Positions 21,301 through 29,781 of a stretch of DNA of 64,000 nt are shown piece by piece. The position numbers and the translations under genes are program-made. This DNA is from a virus. The notes beneath the pieces are model-generated. The model had not been told where the DNA came from and did no database searches. It saw only the letters and a program-made list of their open reading frames with translations. Each line of letters opens with the position of its first letter. Positions within the stretch are counted from its first letter, which is position 1. Location: IMG/VR virus record IMGVR_UViG_3300033146_000244, positions 1 through 64,000 of that record, one strand, 5' to 3'.

Positions 21301-22415
21301 CATTCGGTCAAGCTACCGGAAAGAAGATAGGAGAAGCTAAAAAGATAGATAATCTTATAAATAAGACAAACATATTATTTGAGGTGAATGAAGCTGCTTA
21401 TGGAACTAAGAACAGTATAAGTGATAAGCTAAAAAAGTTAGGCTTCTTAATACCATTTGAAATGCAGAAACGTGGTGAGTATATCATACAAGGAATGATG
21501 ATGGTAGCATTAATGCGTACTAAAAAAGTTACTATAGGTATTAGTGAAGTATCACTATATGACTGTTATACAGAAGAAGGTGTATGGGATACGGAGAAGT
21601 ATGGAGCAGAGCCCTCAGAGTGGTCTGATGATATAAGTGCTAAGGATAGTAATGAATATACAAGGTTTAGAGATATGATGATTCAAACTATCAAGAGAGT
21701 GCACGGTAACTACGACCCGACGTCATTCTTAGAGGGTAAATCTACATCTATCGGTAGAATGGCATTTCAATATAAGAGTTGGGTACCAGAGGGTGTATTA
21801 ACTAGATTTGAGGATGCGCATGATGAAGAACAAATGGGTAGAGTAGTGAAGGGTAGATATGTTACTTATAAGGATATAAAACTAAAGAATGCCTTTAGTA
21901 TAATGCTTAATCCTATGTACCTCTTAGGATTAAAGAAGGTTGAACTTAATGGGTTCGGTAATATAAAGAGTGAGGTAGATTTGCAGAACATGAGATATAA
22001 CATAGCAGAAGCTCGTTGGATAATGGTAGCAATAACTGTTAATTTACTAGCAGCATTAGCATACGCAGTTGGAGATGATGACGATGATGAAGTACGTGGT
22101 ATAAAATCAATGATTAACACAATGGGTAGATTACAGAGTGACCTTACATTTTATATGAACCCACTAACTATAGTAGATATAGCTAAAAATCCTTTTCCTG
22201 TGCTACAAACGTTTAGTGATGTACATAAAGCTATAGTAACCATCCGTAAAACAGCTTTTAGTGATAGTGACTATTATAGCACATCGCACTTGCTTAAAAG
22301 TATAGCTAAGCCACTGCCACTCGTTGGCAACATTGCATCTGTGCTTAATTCAGATAGTAGAATATATGCAAATGAACCAGTTAAGATATTTAAGGGCATG
22401 CTAGAAGAGGAGTAA
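18354..22415 (+). CDS. Large ejection/cargo protein
   Basis: 1353 aa, helical/coiled-coil, hydrophobic C-terminal helices. The N-terminus (MGCPN...W...LGE..AY) resembles large virion proteins of crAss-like phages as I recall them. Confidence 0.6.
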   Translation: MGCPNKQHPLWKNMVLKLGEELAYKVYKANSEKLLSVKEAEAVVKRREERSISDEQLAPSVNEIPLTAISHPETYHRYNLTNIKNVQRRFKTNSDLIATMLNNLNRLSGLKFTKREVSETESVIDISKIEVAQQVNVEYALVTEPILEEEEEEEEETEKIVDTSKEAFEKLAFTTQLAIKKVREVKADLIARSNRDNTSKSDIRDRLDKLGRDEADLFQNDTFITALGIASEAMDRLEMELSKNVQLSDTEVSLMGRELSTWKTLLDWIQDAKNSDYSALHTKAVQDSTEVLQGRYTRIHADIMKVTVENTKAGYKRKMRKAPSKDFSTVSVEINKAKRFAADLSRSADKLAQYIDTLLKSKDRNTGNVIAKIFSVINAKMTEMTDAEIDITSKEFQRKYTNSAGDGLVDEYSEHYREQVKAHEHTRIRINNLKYGKQRTKQTKKFKEWEKNNLITVNASKVTGYKAEVTAEERATLEKEELDRLTSMYGAEKASQMIKKSKELYKEYLKDKKIKIARIEEDAEVHTEEGKLLEGDAKKQYIYNRTNYFIRANNPLYLNEYLSDKKSNSFVHTGVYSVQEPMHYESNDIHYDKRFKELQSDEAAMEFLDWYKATLDALISKLPQNIVDKLDSAFLPDVTKKLSEKLVEKGFNAKGISDRIIDLLKSGEFTELALESITADGDQSSFFDSANRKQRRVLVANHRNKAKEIGIEITKLEDAIELNTAKAAAKTRELDKYIKYGFENDPDALVARAELNVINKKIAEDTAKIEPLKVKKDKVKENKSTDLFGILKAFAVMAISYEQSAEVEDSVLLAKRVMDNITQYKDHKGDLIEDADGAKNIKALAEYTINSSLYGETRVDRKTTNIDVVLSKDDRVVAKAVKKIKIQAYEDEANGIITSKERHKIVVEQDARYEALNKAKLSWSKVLDWVLAYTQLKGLGYNPISSSVNLVYGLIMNQMYAASQTDTTHKDMMWAFKIMWGAAFGQATGKKIGEAKKIDNLINKTNILFEVNEAAYGTKNSISDKLKKLGFLIPFEMQKRGEYIIQGMMMVALMRTKKVTIGISEVSLYDCYTEEGVWDTEKYGAEPSEWSDDISAKDSNEYTRFRDMMIQTIKRVHGNYDPTSFLEGKSTSIGRMAFQYKSWVPEGVLTRFEDAHDEEQMGRVVKGRYVTYKDIKLKNAFSIMLNPMYLLGLKKVELNGFGNIKSEVDLQNMRYNIAEARWIMVAITVNLLAALAYAVGDDDDDEVRGIKSMINTMGRLQSDLTFYMNPLTIVDIAKNPFPVLQTFSDVHKAIVTIRKTAFSDSDYYSTSHLLKSIAKPLPLVGNIASVLNSDSRIYANEPVKIFKGMLEEE
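18526..18562 (+). repeat. Dispersed motif copy 2
   Basis: CCCCCAGTGTAAAT (18526-18539), 13 nt, then CTGCGATTTC. Encodes APSVN. Confidence 0.85.
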
Positions 22416-22446
22416 TATGTTACTACACAGCCTAGCGTAAATTTTT

Positions 22447-22480
22447 AAAAGAGAGCCTCATAGAAGACTCTCTTTTTTTT
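22447..22480. terminator. Bidirectional intrinsic terminator between convergent modules
   Basis: AAAAGAGAG...CTCTCTTTTTTTT between the stop codons at 22415 (+) and 22483 (-). Confidence 0.75.
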
Positions 22481-22482
22481 GT

Positions 22483-22734
22483 TTATATAGTAGAGTTTAA
22501 GAAGGCTAGTTGCTCCTCTGTGTAGCTACTATTGGTATACTTTATACCCCTATATTTCTTTTTGCTATACTGTCTATAGTCATACGGTAACATAACTACT
22601 GTGTATTCGTTTATATCTTTATAGACATCTACAACATTGCCCATTATATCAGCACCTATATCATCTTTATTTCTTTTTCTATAATGTGCTGTGAATGCAC
22701 CTGTCGGATTACCTAAGTCTTTACTCTTCTTCAT
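22483..22734 (-). CDS. Hypothetical protein
   Basis: 83-aa ORF, last gene of the minus-strand block, tightly packed. Confidence 0.6.
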   Translation of the reverse strand: MKKSKDLGNPTGAFTAHYRKRNKDDIGADIMGNVVDVYKDINEYTVVMLPYDYRQYSKKKYRGIKYTNSSYTEEQLAFLNSTI

Positions 22735-22891
22735 CTTTTTTCTTAGGTGGTACGACTACCTCTACCCGTTCTCCGTCTTTATAGAACTCTGGATTACCAG
22801 AGTACTCTTCCTTATCAGCTTCTATAAATTTTTTATCTCTTCCTTTTGGTGCTTCTTTAAACATGCTACTAAGTTTTCTAAATATTTTCAT
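22721..22891 (-). CDS. Small charged protein (56 aa; not in the ORF track)
   Basis: ATG 22891 to TAA 22721, MKIFRKLSSMFKEAPKGRD...KKKDEEE. Fills the gap after dUTPase. Confidence 0.55.
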   Translation of the reverse strand: MKIFRKLSSMFKEAPKGRDKKFIEADKEEYSGNPEFYKDGERVEVVVPPKKKDEEE

Positions 22892-22917
22892 CGTGTTTAT
22901 GTTATTGGTTTACTCTA

Positions 22918-23454
22918 CTATCTACCTGAACTACCGTGACCGTTGTCTCCTCTTGCAGTTTCTTCTAATTTGTCTACTTCTACCAACATTATATTTTCTA
23001 CTTTCTTTATAGCGAATTGTGCTATCTTATCACCTATATTATATGAACCTATCACTATCTTACCAGCTATCAACTTCTGTAACTTAATATGCTCCATTGG
23101 CTTTAATAGTGCCATTGTAATAGACCATTCTCCAGTATAGCCGCTATCTATTGTTCCTGGTGCGTTAGTCATCAGCATATCATACTTACGTATACTACTA
23201 CGTGGTCTTACTACTGCTTCGTATCCTGTAGGTATCTGTGTTCTTATACCACAGTAGTAAACTATTCTTAGTTCTTTCGTATGCGTATAATATTTATCTA
23301 TACTTCTGACGTATAAGTCGTAACAAGCATCATCCTCGTGTGCTTTTGTCGGTAGTTTACCCCCATCTAGTACGTTTATACTTATACCTAGTTGTGTACT
23401 TGTGGTTACTTCTTTTGCTACTTCTACTGATTTTATTGCTTTCTCTTTAGCCAT
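22918..23454 (-). CDS. dut: Trimeric dUTPase
   Basis: All five motifs: ACYDL, RPRSS, GTIDSGYTGE, GDKIAQF, RGDNGHGSSG. Likely start MAKEK at 23454. Confidence 0.93.
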   Translation of the reverse strand: MAKEKAIKSVEVAKEVTTSTQLGISINVLDGGKLPTKAHEDDACYDLYVRSIDKYYTHTKELRIVYYCGIRTQIPTGYEAVVRPRSSIRKYDMLMTNAPGTIDSGYTGEWSITMALLKPMEHIKLQKLIAGKIVIGSYNIGDKIAQFAIKKVENIMLVEVDKLEETARGDNGHGSSGR

Positions 23455-23464
23455 GTTATGATTT

Positions 23465-23968
23465 TTATGGTAAGTACTCATTATTTGTATATACAATATC
23501 TTCTATAGCATTAAGCTCTTTTATAACATCGTATAGCACTAATTGTTCTTGTTCATCGTTATCTATTGTCAGTTCTTTTGCCAGCTGTTTCATTGACGTA
23601 TCACTAGCTGTCAGTACTTGTTCTATTCTGTTTACATCGTCCTTATCTGCAAAAGATATTATTAGCTTCTTAGCCATAAGTGACATAGCAGAGTAAGACC
23701 CTAATACAAACTTGTCGTAGTCCGCCTTGAATCTATCTCTTACTTTAAAACATGCGTAGCTTTTACCGTCTATCGCAGTAGTTACTCCTATAAAACCTTC
23801 TACGCTATACAAGTTATCTGATGTATTAGTAACGTATACTAAGTAATGCGTTTGTTTATTGTCATCCTCTAGTGCTTCTCTACTAGGTAGTACCGCTACC
23901 ATATCTTCTGTTTTTAACGACAGTGGTACTACTAAGGGTAATACGTAAGCCGTTGTTCTATTTACCAT
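23465..23968 (-). CDS. Hypothetical protein
   Basis: 167 aa, overlaps the upstream gene, contains DYDKFVLGSYSAMS. Confidence 0.65.
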   Translation of the reverse strand: MVNRTTAYVLPLVVPLSLKTEDMVAVLPSREALEDDNKQTHYLVYVTNTSDNLYSVEGFIGVTTAIDGKSYACFKVRDRFKADYDKFVLGSYSAMSLMAKKLIISFADKDDVNRIEQVLTASDTSMKQLAKELTIDNDEQEQLVLYDVIKELNAIEDIVYTNNEYLP

Positions 23969-24647
23969 AATGGAAATTTATCTGTTTGTACTGTATTTCT
24001 TGTTTAAAGTACATCAACTCTAGTGACCTCTTATAGAACCTCATTAATCCATCAGGTAATCCATATTTAGCTACGTACATTGTTTGAATTTCTATATTGG
24101 CATAACTACTAGTCATGTTTTCTAACGGCATATTCTTAATTACATTATCCGCTAAGTACATATATGTATTCATATTAGCTCTATCACTGTTAATATACTC
24201 TAATTTAGCTTGTGTTATAGTGTTGTTAGAGTAGTGATAGCCTTGTAATATACGTAGTTTATTATCGTTATGTACTACTACAGGTATTGTATTTGTAGTA
24301 GGTCTATTTAATTTAGTGTTGCTTACGGGTATTCTGGATAGTACAGATTTTATAGCAGAAGGTACATCATCTACTAAATACGCACCCCACCTATGCGTTG
24401 AACCGTCTTGTCTTTTGTACCCTCCTTTTAATAGTACTTTTTTTACTGCTTTAGCTTCTACATTATAGTAATTCAGTATCTCCTTATTGCTTACAAATAT
24501 ATAATATCCATCTGTAACTAGTAAGTTTTTTAAGAGCTTCAGTAGTTGTTCTTTAACAACTACTGCAATACTCTTATCTTTTTCTGTACTAGCTTGTAAT
24601 AGACTGTAATACTGTATAAGCATATCCCCGTCTATTATAGGTATCAC
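23958..24647 (-). CDS. Degenerate 5'-3' exonuclease/RNase H (PIN/FEN fold)-like protein
   Basis: N-terminal IIDGD and later DNKLRILQGYHY match the fold; the central EADD motif is not recognisable. Confidence 0.45.
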   Translation of the reverse strand: MIPIIDGDMLIQYYSLLQASTEKDKSIAVVVKEQLLKLLKNLLVTDGYYIFVSNKEILNYYNVEAKAVKKVLLKGGYKRQDGSTHRWGAYLVDDVPSAIKSVLSRIPVSNTKLNRPTTNTIPVVVHNDNKLRILQGYHYSNNTITQAKLEYINSDRANMNTYMYLADNVIKNMPLENMTSSYANIEIQTMYVAKYGLPDGLMRFYKRSLELMYFKQEIQYKQINFHYGK

Positions 24648-25039
24648 TATAGGGTATTGTAATATGTTACTGTACTATCATAGCCTATACGAGTTATACT
24701 TTTTATAGTGTTAAGATTAACTTGTATCATACCGTCTGTTCCGTTGGCTTCTGCTTTATCTAAGTCAGTAGCTTGTAGATGTGTTGTCACACCTAAACCA
24801 TCTAGTGTCCCTATAAAAGTACGCATACTACCATCTGCTTTCACGAACTCACACCCAATTATCTCACCAGTTGCTATAACGTCTCTTCGTAGTTTACTAA
24901 ACTCTTTTTTATTCAACGACCTATTAGTGTACGCTGTATCTACTTTATTATGCAATGTTTTAAAAGGTATCCTCCGCATATCCTTACTCACTACTCTTAC
25001 TACCTCGCCTCCTACTAATTTTGTATTTAATGTGTACAT
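24647..25039 (-). CDS. SH3/Sm-like (WYL_2/DUF2693-like) protein
   Basis: FVKADGSMRTFIGTL matches the F.K.DG..R...GT signature. Confidence 0.55.
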   Translation of the reverse strand: MYTLNTKLVGGEVVRVVSKDMRRIPFKTLHNKVDTAYTNRSLNKKEFSKLRRDVIATGEIIGCEFVKADGSMRTFIGTLDGLGVTTHLQATDLDKAEANGTDGMIQVNLNTIKSITRIGYDSTVTYYNTL

Positions 25040-25072
25040 AATATTGTTATTTAATGTTTATTATCTATTCTA

Positions 25073-27856
25073 CTAACCACAACTACTATCTCCGCATGTA
25101 TCACATATAGAGCAACCACCTTCGTATCTTATAGTACCACCGCATATAAGACAGTCTCCTTTTACGGTATCATCTGCTATATAGTTGCTTAATACTCTCT
25201 TTACAGCTGTTGCAAATACACCTATAGGCAATTCTACCTTATCTATATCTCTTACTGCTTGTAGTACTGTTCCACCCATTCTAAACACTCTGCTAAGTAG
25301 CCTAGTCAGTACCTCCTCTTCACCATTCATATAGTGAGATGCTAAGTCTTCTAGCACCACGTAGTCAGTCTTTAAATCATATACCGTCTTTGTATCTTTA
25401 CTTACATGTTTTACTATTTCTCCTTTGTTTACTAATAAATGAGTCTTTACATCTTTGAATGCAAATATTTCATACACCTTATCTTTATGTAAACCAATTA
25501 CTATCGTCCACAAGTTACTATTAATCCGCACACTATGTACATCGCAATTAAGTGTTTCTGGTCGTGCAGTCTCTACATTTACACTGGGGAGCGTAGCGTG
25601 TTTATGAACAACACCCATTCTGCAACCATCTCTGTACACAGTAAGTCCTTTCAAATTTGCTTTGTGTGCAGCTTTGTATATCTTTCCTATAGTCTTCTCT
25701 GTAGTATCATTCGGTAAGTTTATTGTACTGCTTATAGCACTATTTATATAACGCTGCATTGTCTTTTGTACTGCTATTCTATCTTGCCAGAGTATATCAT
25801 GTGCTGTCTGTTTATACCAAGAGGATGACTTTATAATCTCTCCTATGTTTGTTATACCATTACCCAGTCCAGTAGCATTCAACCAGTCTACAAATGGTGG
25901 GTGCATTGTAGGCAGTGTCTGCCATTTATCCCCTACCTCATCTATGAAGTCATATTCTGCATCATCAAGTACCTTCACATTTCTAAAACCTTGTACACTA
26001 TATAATGGTTCTGCTGCATTGCTTACACCTAATATAATACTACCAGTACCTACTGGTGCTATTGTACTTGTTTGTATGTTTCTTAATGCTTTCTCCGTAG
26101 ATACATTGTTATCTATTCTGTAGTCCTTACTAAACATACTCTCTCCTCTTGTATTAGCTAAAGCATAGTTAGTCCTCTCTTCTGTTTTAGCCTTTATATC
26201 CATTATACTACTTATATAGCTCATATCACTGTACTTTAATCCTAAAGCAGCTTGTGTATCAGCTAGTCCTGTAATACCTATTCCAACTCTTCTCGTTTTT
26301 ATTAGCTTTCTGCGTATATTAGTCCACAAATCAACTTCGTCCCTATCTATAGGTAGTAGTTTATTAAGTATTCTATCTATATGTTCTATCTCTACGTCCA
26401 CAAGGGTATCAGCTATCTTATGATATATTTCACAGTCCTTTGTATATTCTACCGTGTCAAACTCAGCGTTTCTTGTAAATTTGTCTATCACGTAAGCATA
26501 CAAGTTATGGTGCATCAATCCACAAGACTCATCTGGTGGTAAGGGTTGTTCTCCGCATTGCCCAGTTACTATACCGTTAAAAGTGCCTTTATGTTTTAAA
26601 GGTTCTGTAAAACAAAATGTATCTTCATTGTCTACTTCTATTACAGTTATTTTTTTTACAACTGTCTGTATCACCTTATCAAGATTATCTAGGTAGTAAG
26701 GTTCTATAGTATCTCCTACCACTATATCTTTTGCTTGTACTTTTATATTACCAGCTAGATACCAGTTATGTGCAGGGGTGCATTCTAACGAATAGCTGCG
26801 TGTAGGTACCGTTACTGATGGTGCTACATCTTCTGTGTCTATGCGTAACCACTTATTTGTTTTTCCAGTCCTCTCTATTTTAACAGTAGCCCATTGACTA
26901 CCATTCCAAACGTCATGCCAGTTACCTACTTCATTTTCTATAAATAGGTCACCTACATGTGTAGTTATACGTGTATTACCTCTTACGCATGGATTAGTAC
27001 TCACCTCCTCATACTCCTTACCGTATTTACCAGTACCGCCTCTAAGTATTGTATCCCAGAATAGTACACCTGGTTCTGCACTTAACCAGTTATTGTGCAC
27101 CAGCTTGTCCCATAGTTCTACAGCACGTATTACTTTAATATACATACCGTCTATTAAGCATAGTCCTTCTGTATACTTAGCTTCCCAACCTGCTGGTAAT
27201 TTAGCATCTATAGGGAATGTTTGCACATACTGTGAGTCTGTTTCTACCGCTTCCATGAAATCATCACTCACTTTTACTGATATATTTGCTCCAGTAATCT
27301 TAGTTGTGTCCTTTTTAGCATCTATGAAGTCTCCTGCATCAGGATGCCTAACGTCTATACTCAACATCAACGCACCTCGTCTGCCGTCTTGTGCGACTCT
27401 GCGTGTGTCTTCACTATACTGTTCCATGAATGGTACTATGCCTGTAGATGTATTAGCTGCATTATTAACTACAGCTCCTTTTGGTCTAATGTGCGATAAG
27501 TCGTGTCCTACACCACCTCTACGCTTCATAAGATTTACAGCATCTAAAGCTGTTCTGTATATACCATTATAAGAGTCTGGTGTATTACCTATTACAAAGC
27601 AGTTACGTGTACTTACTAGCTTATCAGTACCAACACTTGCCATATAGCTACCACCTAGTATGAATTTACCTTCATTAAATAGTCGTAGTATTGTTATCTT
27701 GTCTATACCGTCTGTGTAATTTTTCTCTTTATCCTTTTTTACAATAGCGTTTGCTATCCTTTCAAATGAGTCTTGTATTGTGACTTCTGCTCCTTGTAAC
27801 CATTTCTGATTAAAGATGCTTCTACCAAACTCGTTATTTTTAAAGTATTCTCCCAT
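25073..27856 (-). CDS. nrdJ: Class II (B12-dependent) ribonucleotide reductase with mini-intein
   Basis: NCFV, GGVG, VAQDGRRGALM, TNPC[intein]CGEQPL, TIAPVGT, ISSTINLP, KGLTVYRDG and a C-terminal Cys-rich tail. No small-subunit gene nearby. Confidence 0.92.
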   Translation of the reverse strand: MGEYFKNNEFGRSIFNQKWLQGAEVTIQDSFERIANAIVKKDKEKNYTDGIDKITILRLFNEGKFILGGSYMASVGTDKLVSTRNCFVIGNTPDSYNGIYRTALDAVNLMKRRGGVGHDLSHIRPKGAVVNNAANTSTGIVPFMEQYSEDTRRVAQDGRRGALMLSIDVRHPDAGDFIDAKKDTTKITGANISVKVSDDFMEAVETDSQYVQTFPIDAKLPAGWEAKYTEGLCLIDGMYIKVIRAVELWDKLVHNNWLSAEPGVLFWDTILRGGTGKYGKEYEEVSTNPCVRGNTRITTHVGDLFIENEVGNWHDVWNGSQWATVKIERTGKTNKWLRIDTEDVAPSVTVPTRSYSLECTPAHNWYLAGNIKVQAKDIVVGDTIEPYYLDNLDKVIQTVVKKITVIEVDNEDTFCFTEPLKHKGTFNGIVTGQCGEQPLPPDESCGLMHHNLYAYVIDKFTRNAEFDTVEYTKDCEIYHKIADTLVDVEIEHIDRILNKLLPIDRDEVDLWTNIRRKLIKTRRVGIGITGLADTQAALGLKYSDMSYISSIMDIKAKTEERTNYALANTRGESMFSKDYRIDNNVSTEKALRNIQTSTIAPVGTGSIILGVSNAAEPLYSVQGFRNVKVLDDAEYDFIDEVGDKWQTLPTMHPPFVDWLNATGLGNGITNIGEIIKSSSWYKQTAHDILWQDRIAVQKTMQRYINSAISSTINLPNDTTEKTIGKIYKAAHKANLKGLTVYRDGCRMGVVHKHATLPSVNVETARPETLNCDVHSVRINSNLWTIVIGLHKDKVYEIFAFKDVKTHLLVNKGEIVKHVSKDTKTVYDLKTDYVVLEDLASHYMNGEEEVLTRLLSRVFRMGGTVLQAVRDIDKVELPIGVFATAVKRVLSNYIADDTVKGDCLICGGTIRYEGGCSICDTCGDSSCG
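25575..25589 (-). repeat. Dispersed motif copy 3
   Basis: Minus strand CCCCAGTGTAAATGT, encoding LPSVNV in the linker after the NrdJ catalytic domain. Confidence 0.85.
26558..26989 (-). mobile_element. Mini-intein (144 aa, no homing endonuclease) in the NrdJ active-site loop
   Basis: Splits TNP|CGEQ. Starts CVRGNT, has block-B CTPAH, ends GIVTGQ before the +1 Cys. Confidence 0.9.
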
Positions 27857-27880
27857 GTATATATGTTTTTAGTGTAACGG

Positions 27881-27906
27881 TAGTAGCTAGTTTTATCTAG
27901 CTACTA
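27881..27906. terminator. Perfect 10-bp intergenic hairpin
   Basis: TAGTAGCTAG-TTTTAT-CTAGCTACTA between groES and nrdJ; no clear U-tract. Confidence 0.45.
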
Positions 27907-27918
27907 TATATATCAATA

Positions 27919-28221
27919 CTATTTAGTTAGTAAGTCTTTCTCGTTTTCTACTATACCTGGAATATGTAATTGGTCTACTATAAGGCACTCTATACCGTTT
28001 ATACTGATAGGCGGTGCTATAGCTACCATATGCCATACCAAAGCACCAACTACAATACCTGATTCAGTTACCTTGTTTCCTACTGCTAGTACCTTGCTAG
28101 TACGCATACTACTACTATCTGAAACAGTACTAAGTATAATACCTGACTTAGATGTTGTCGTCTTACTAGCTTCTAGTACTACATTACTACCCGTTGGAAT
28201 GAAATTTAATTTTTTTGACAT
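27919..28221 (-). CDS. groES: Co-chaperonin GroES-like protein
   Basis: 100 aa; PTGSNVVL, mobile loop TTSKSGIIL, KVLAVG. Confidence 0.8.
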   Translation of the reverse strand: MSKKLNFIPTGSNVVLEASKTTTSKSGIILSTVSDSSSMRTSKVLAVGNKVTESGIVVGALVWHMVAIAPPISINGIECLIVDQLHIPGIVENEKDLLTK

Positions 28222-28222
28222 C

Positions 28223-28747
28223 TTATATAGTGTTTAAATTGTGAAATGTATAACTTATTATGCTATTTATATTAACTGGTCTGACGTTAGATGTATCAAA
28301 TTCTCTCATCTGTAATTGCCCGTGTTTTTTAATATAGTCGCCATTAGCATTAACTACTAGCGTACCTATCATAGAACGTCTATCTCCATGTGCTATTGCT
28401 TCTGCAAATGAAGTTTGATTATACTCTCCTGCCTTCATTTTAATAAATACTGCTTTACTATCAGGCTTTTTAAAGAATACTATCTGTACTAGCTTGTTTC
28501 TCATTGCTGGTAGCTCCATAGTAAACTGTTCTAATAATTTAGTCCTTGTACCAAACTGTGTAGCTTTACCACGTATTTTATCTGATAAGTTATCACCATC
28601 TCTTTCTACAAGTCCTTTAGACATTTTAACTTCTGCTCCTCCTTCTCTTTTTGTAATAAACCGCTCTTTACCATTTACTACTTCAGTACCTACTATTTTA
28701 GTTACTTGCAATACTGTAATGTAATCACCTATTTTTATTTTATTCAC
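28223..28747 (-). CDS. Hypothetical protein, possibly SH3/Sm-like
   Basis: IVFFKKPD...RRSMIGTL...RPVNINSIIS parallels 24647-25039 (CEFVKAD...RTFIGTL...IQVNLNTIKS). Confidence 0.5.
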   Translation of the reverse strand: MNKIKIGDYITVLQVTKIVGTEVVNGKERFITKREGGAEVKMSKGLVERDGDNLSDKIRGKATQFGTRTKLLEQFTMELPAMRNKLVQIVFFKKPDSKAVFIKMKAGEYNQTSFAEAIAHGDRRSMIGTLVVNANGDYIKKHGQLQMREFDTSNVRPVNINSIISYTFHNLNTI

Positions 28748-28799
28748 TGTGTCACTGTTTTATAATTTATACCGTATTCTAAGTGTTGCTATTTATATA

Positions 28800-29765
28800 C
28801 TATATACCCATAAAGAACTCATCTGGTAAGTCCTCTCCTTTTGATGCTTGTTCTTCTCTTCTTGTTATACTGCCTATGACTTTATCAAATATAGATTCTA
28901 TACCTGTATTAGTTAATGAGAACTCTACCATGTTTCCTTCTTTAATGCCAGCCAGTACTGTGTATGGTGTTGTTCCATCGTCGCCAGTCCACATAGTAGC
29001 ATTTAGGCTGGGTGCTAGATACACTACATTTACATCACCCTCTTCTATCATCTTTTTTACATCTTTTGGTTTATAGTCAGTAAACTGACTTTCTTGCCCA
29101 TCTGTAAAGCATATAACAGTTTTATTGTAGTCTGTAAGTTTTCTTAATTCTAAAGCACTCTCCATTATACCAGTACTTAGCGGTGTCCAGTATCCAATTT
29201 TATGCTTGTAACTACCGAGATTCTTTACTTCTACCATATCTTGTACTAAGGTTGTTTCATCTACTGGATACCCATATGTTACTATACCTATTAAGGCATC
29301 TGGATTGGCTTCTCTTAAGCTATGTATGGTCTTATTAACTGCTCTTTCTATAGCCAGTCTTATACCACCAGTAGATTGTGATTGGTCTATTGCTAGAATA
29401 TACGCAGTCTTTGTAACACTTGTTGTAGCAGCAGTTACTGTATCAACAAATTCTTTATACGAAGTACGCATAGTCGGTGTTGGTTTTTTTATACCTATAT
29501 TAGTAAAGAAGAGTTCTTCTGCCGCACCCATCTTATTAACAGTTGTTTTCACTTCTTCTGTTGCTTGTCTATTTTCTGCCAGTGCCCAAGTACCGTTAGT
29601 GCAAGCATACCCGTTATGTTTAATAAATTTTATCATCTCATTTGTTTGGTGCTTACTTATTTTACCACCTTTTGTTAAGTATCCCCAATGTCTAGCTACC
29701 TTACCCATATATGCGTACCGATTTAACCCATCTACTATCCGTATTGCTCTTTGTTTGTCAGTCAT
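28800..29765 (-). CDS. vWA-domain protein
   Basis: MIDAS motif AIDQSQS, then WTPL and ICFTDGQE. Confidence 0.8.
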   Translation of the reverse strand: MTDKQRAIRIVDGLNRYAYMGKVARHWGYLTKGGKISKHQTNEMIKFIKHNGYACTNGTWALAENRQATEEVKTTVNKMGAAEELFFTNIGIKKPTPTMRTSYKEFVDTVTAATTSVTKTAYILAIDQSQSTGGIRLAIERAVNKTIHSLREANPDALIGIVTYGYPVDETTLVQDMVEVKNLGSYKHKIGYWTPLSTGIMESALELRKLTDYNKTVICFTDGQESQFTDYKPKDVKKMIEEGDVNVVYLAPSLNATMWTGDDGTTPYTVLAGIKEGNMVEFSLTNTGIESIFDKVIGSITRREEQASKGEDLPDEFFMGI

Positions 29766-29781
29766 GTTATTTTAATTTTTT

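Noticed and set aside
468-22120. Minus-strand ORFs within the large plus-strand genes (e.g. 6320-6931, 20123-20968)
   Set aside because: Antisense shadows with S/L/F-rich composition and no motifs.
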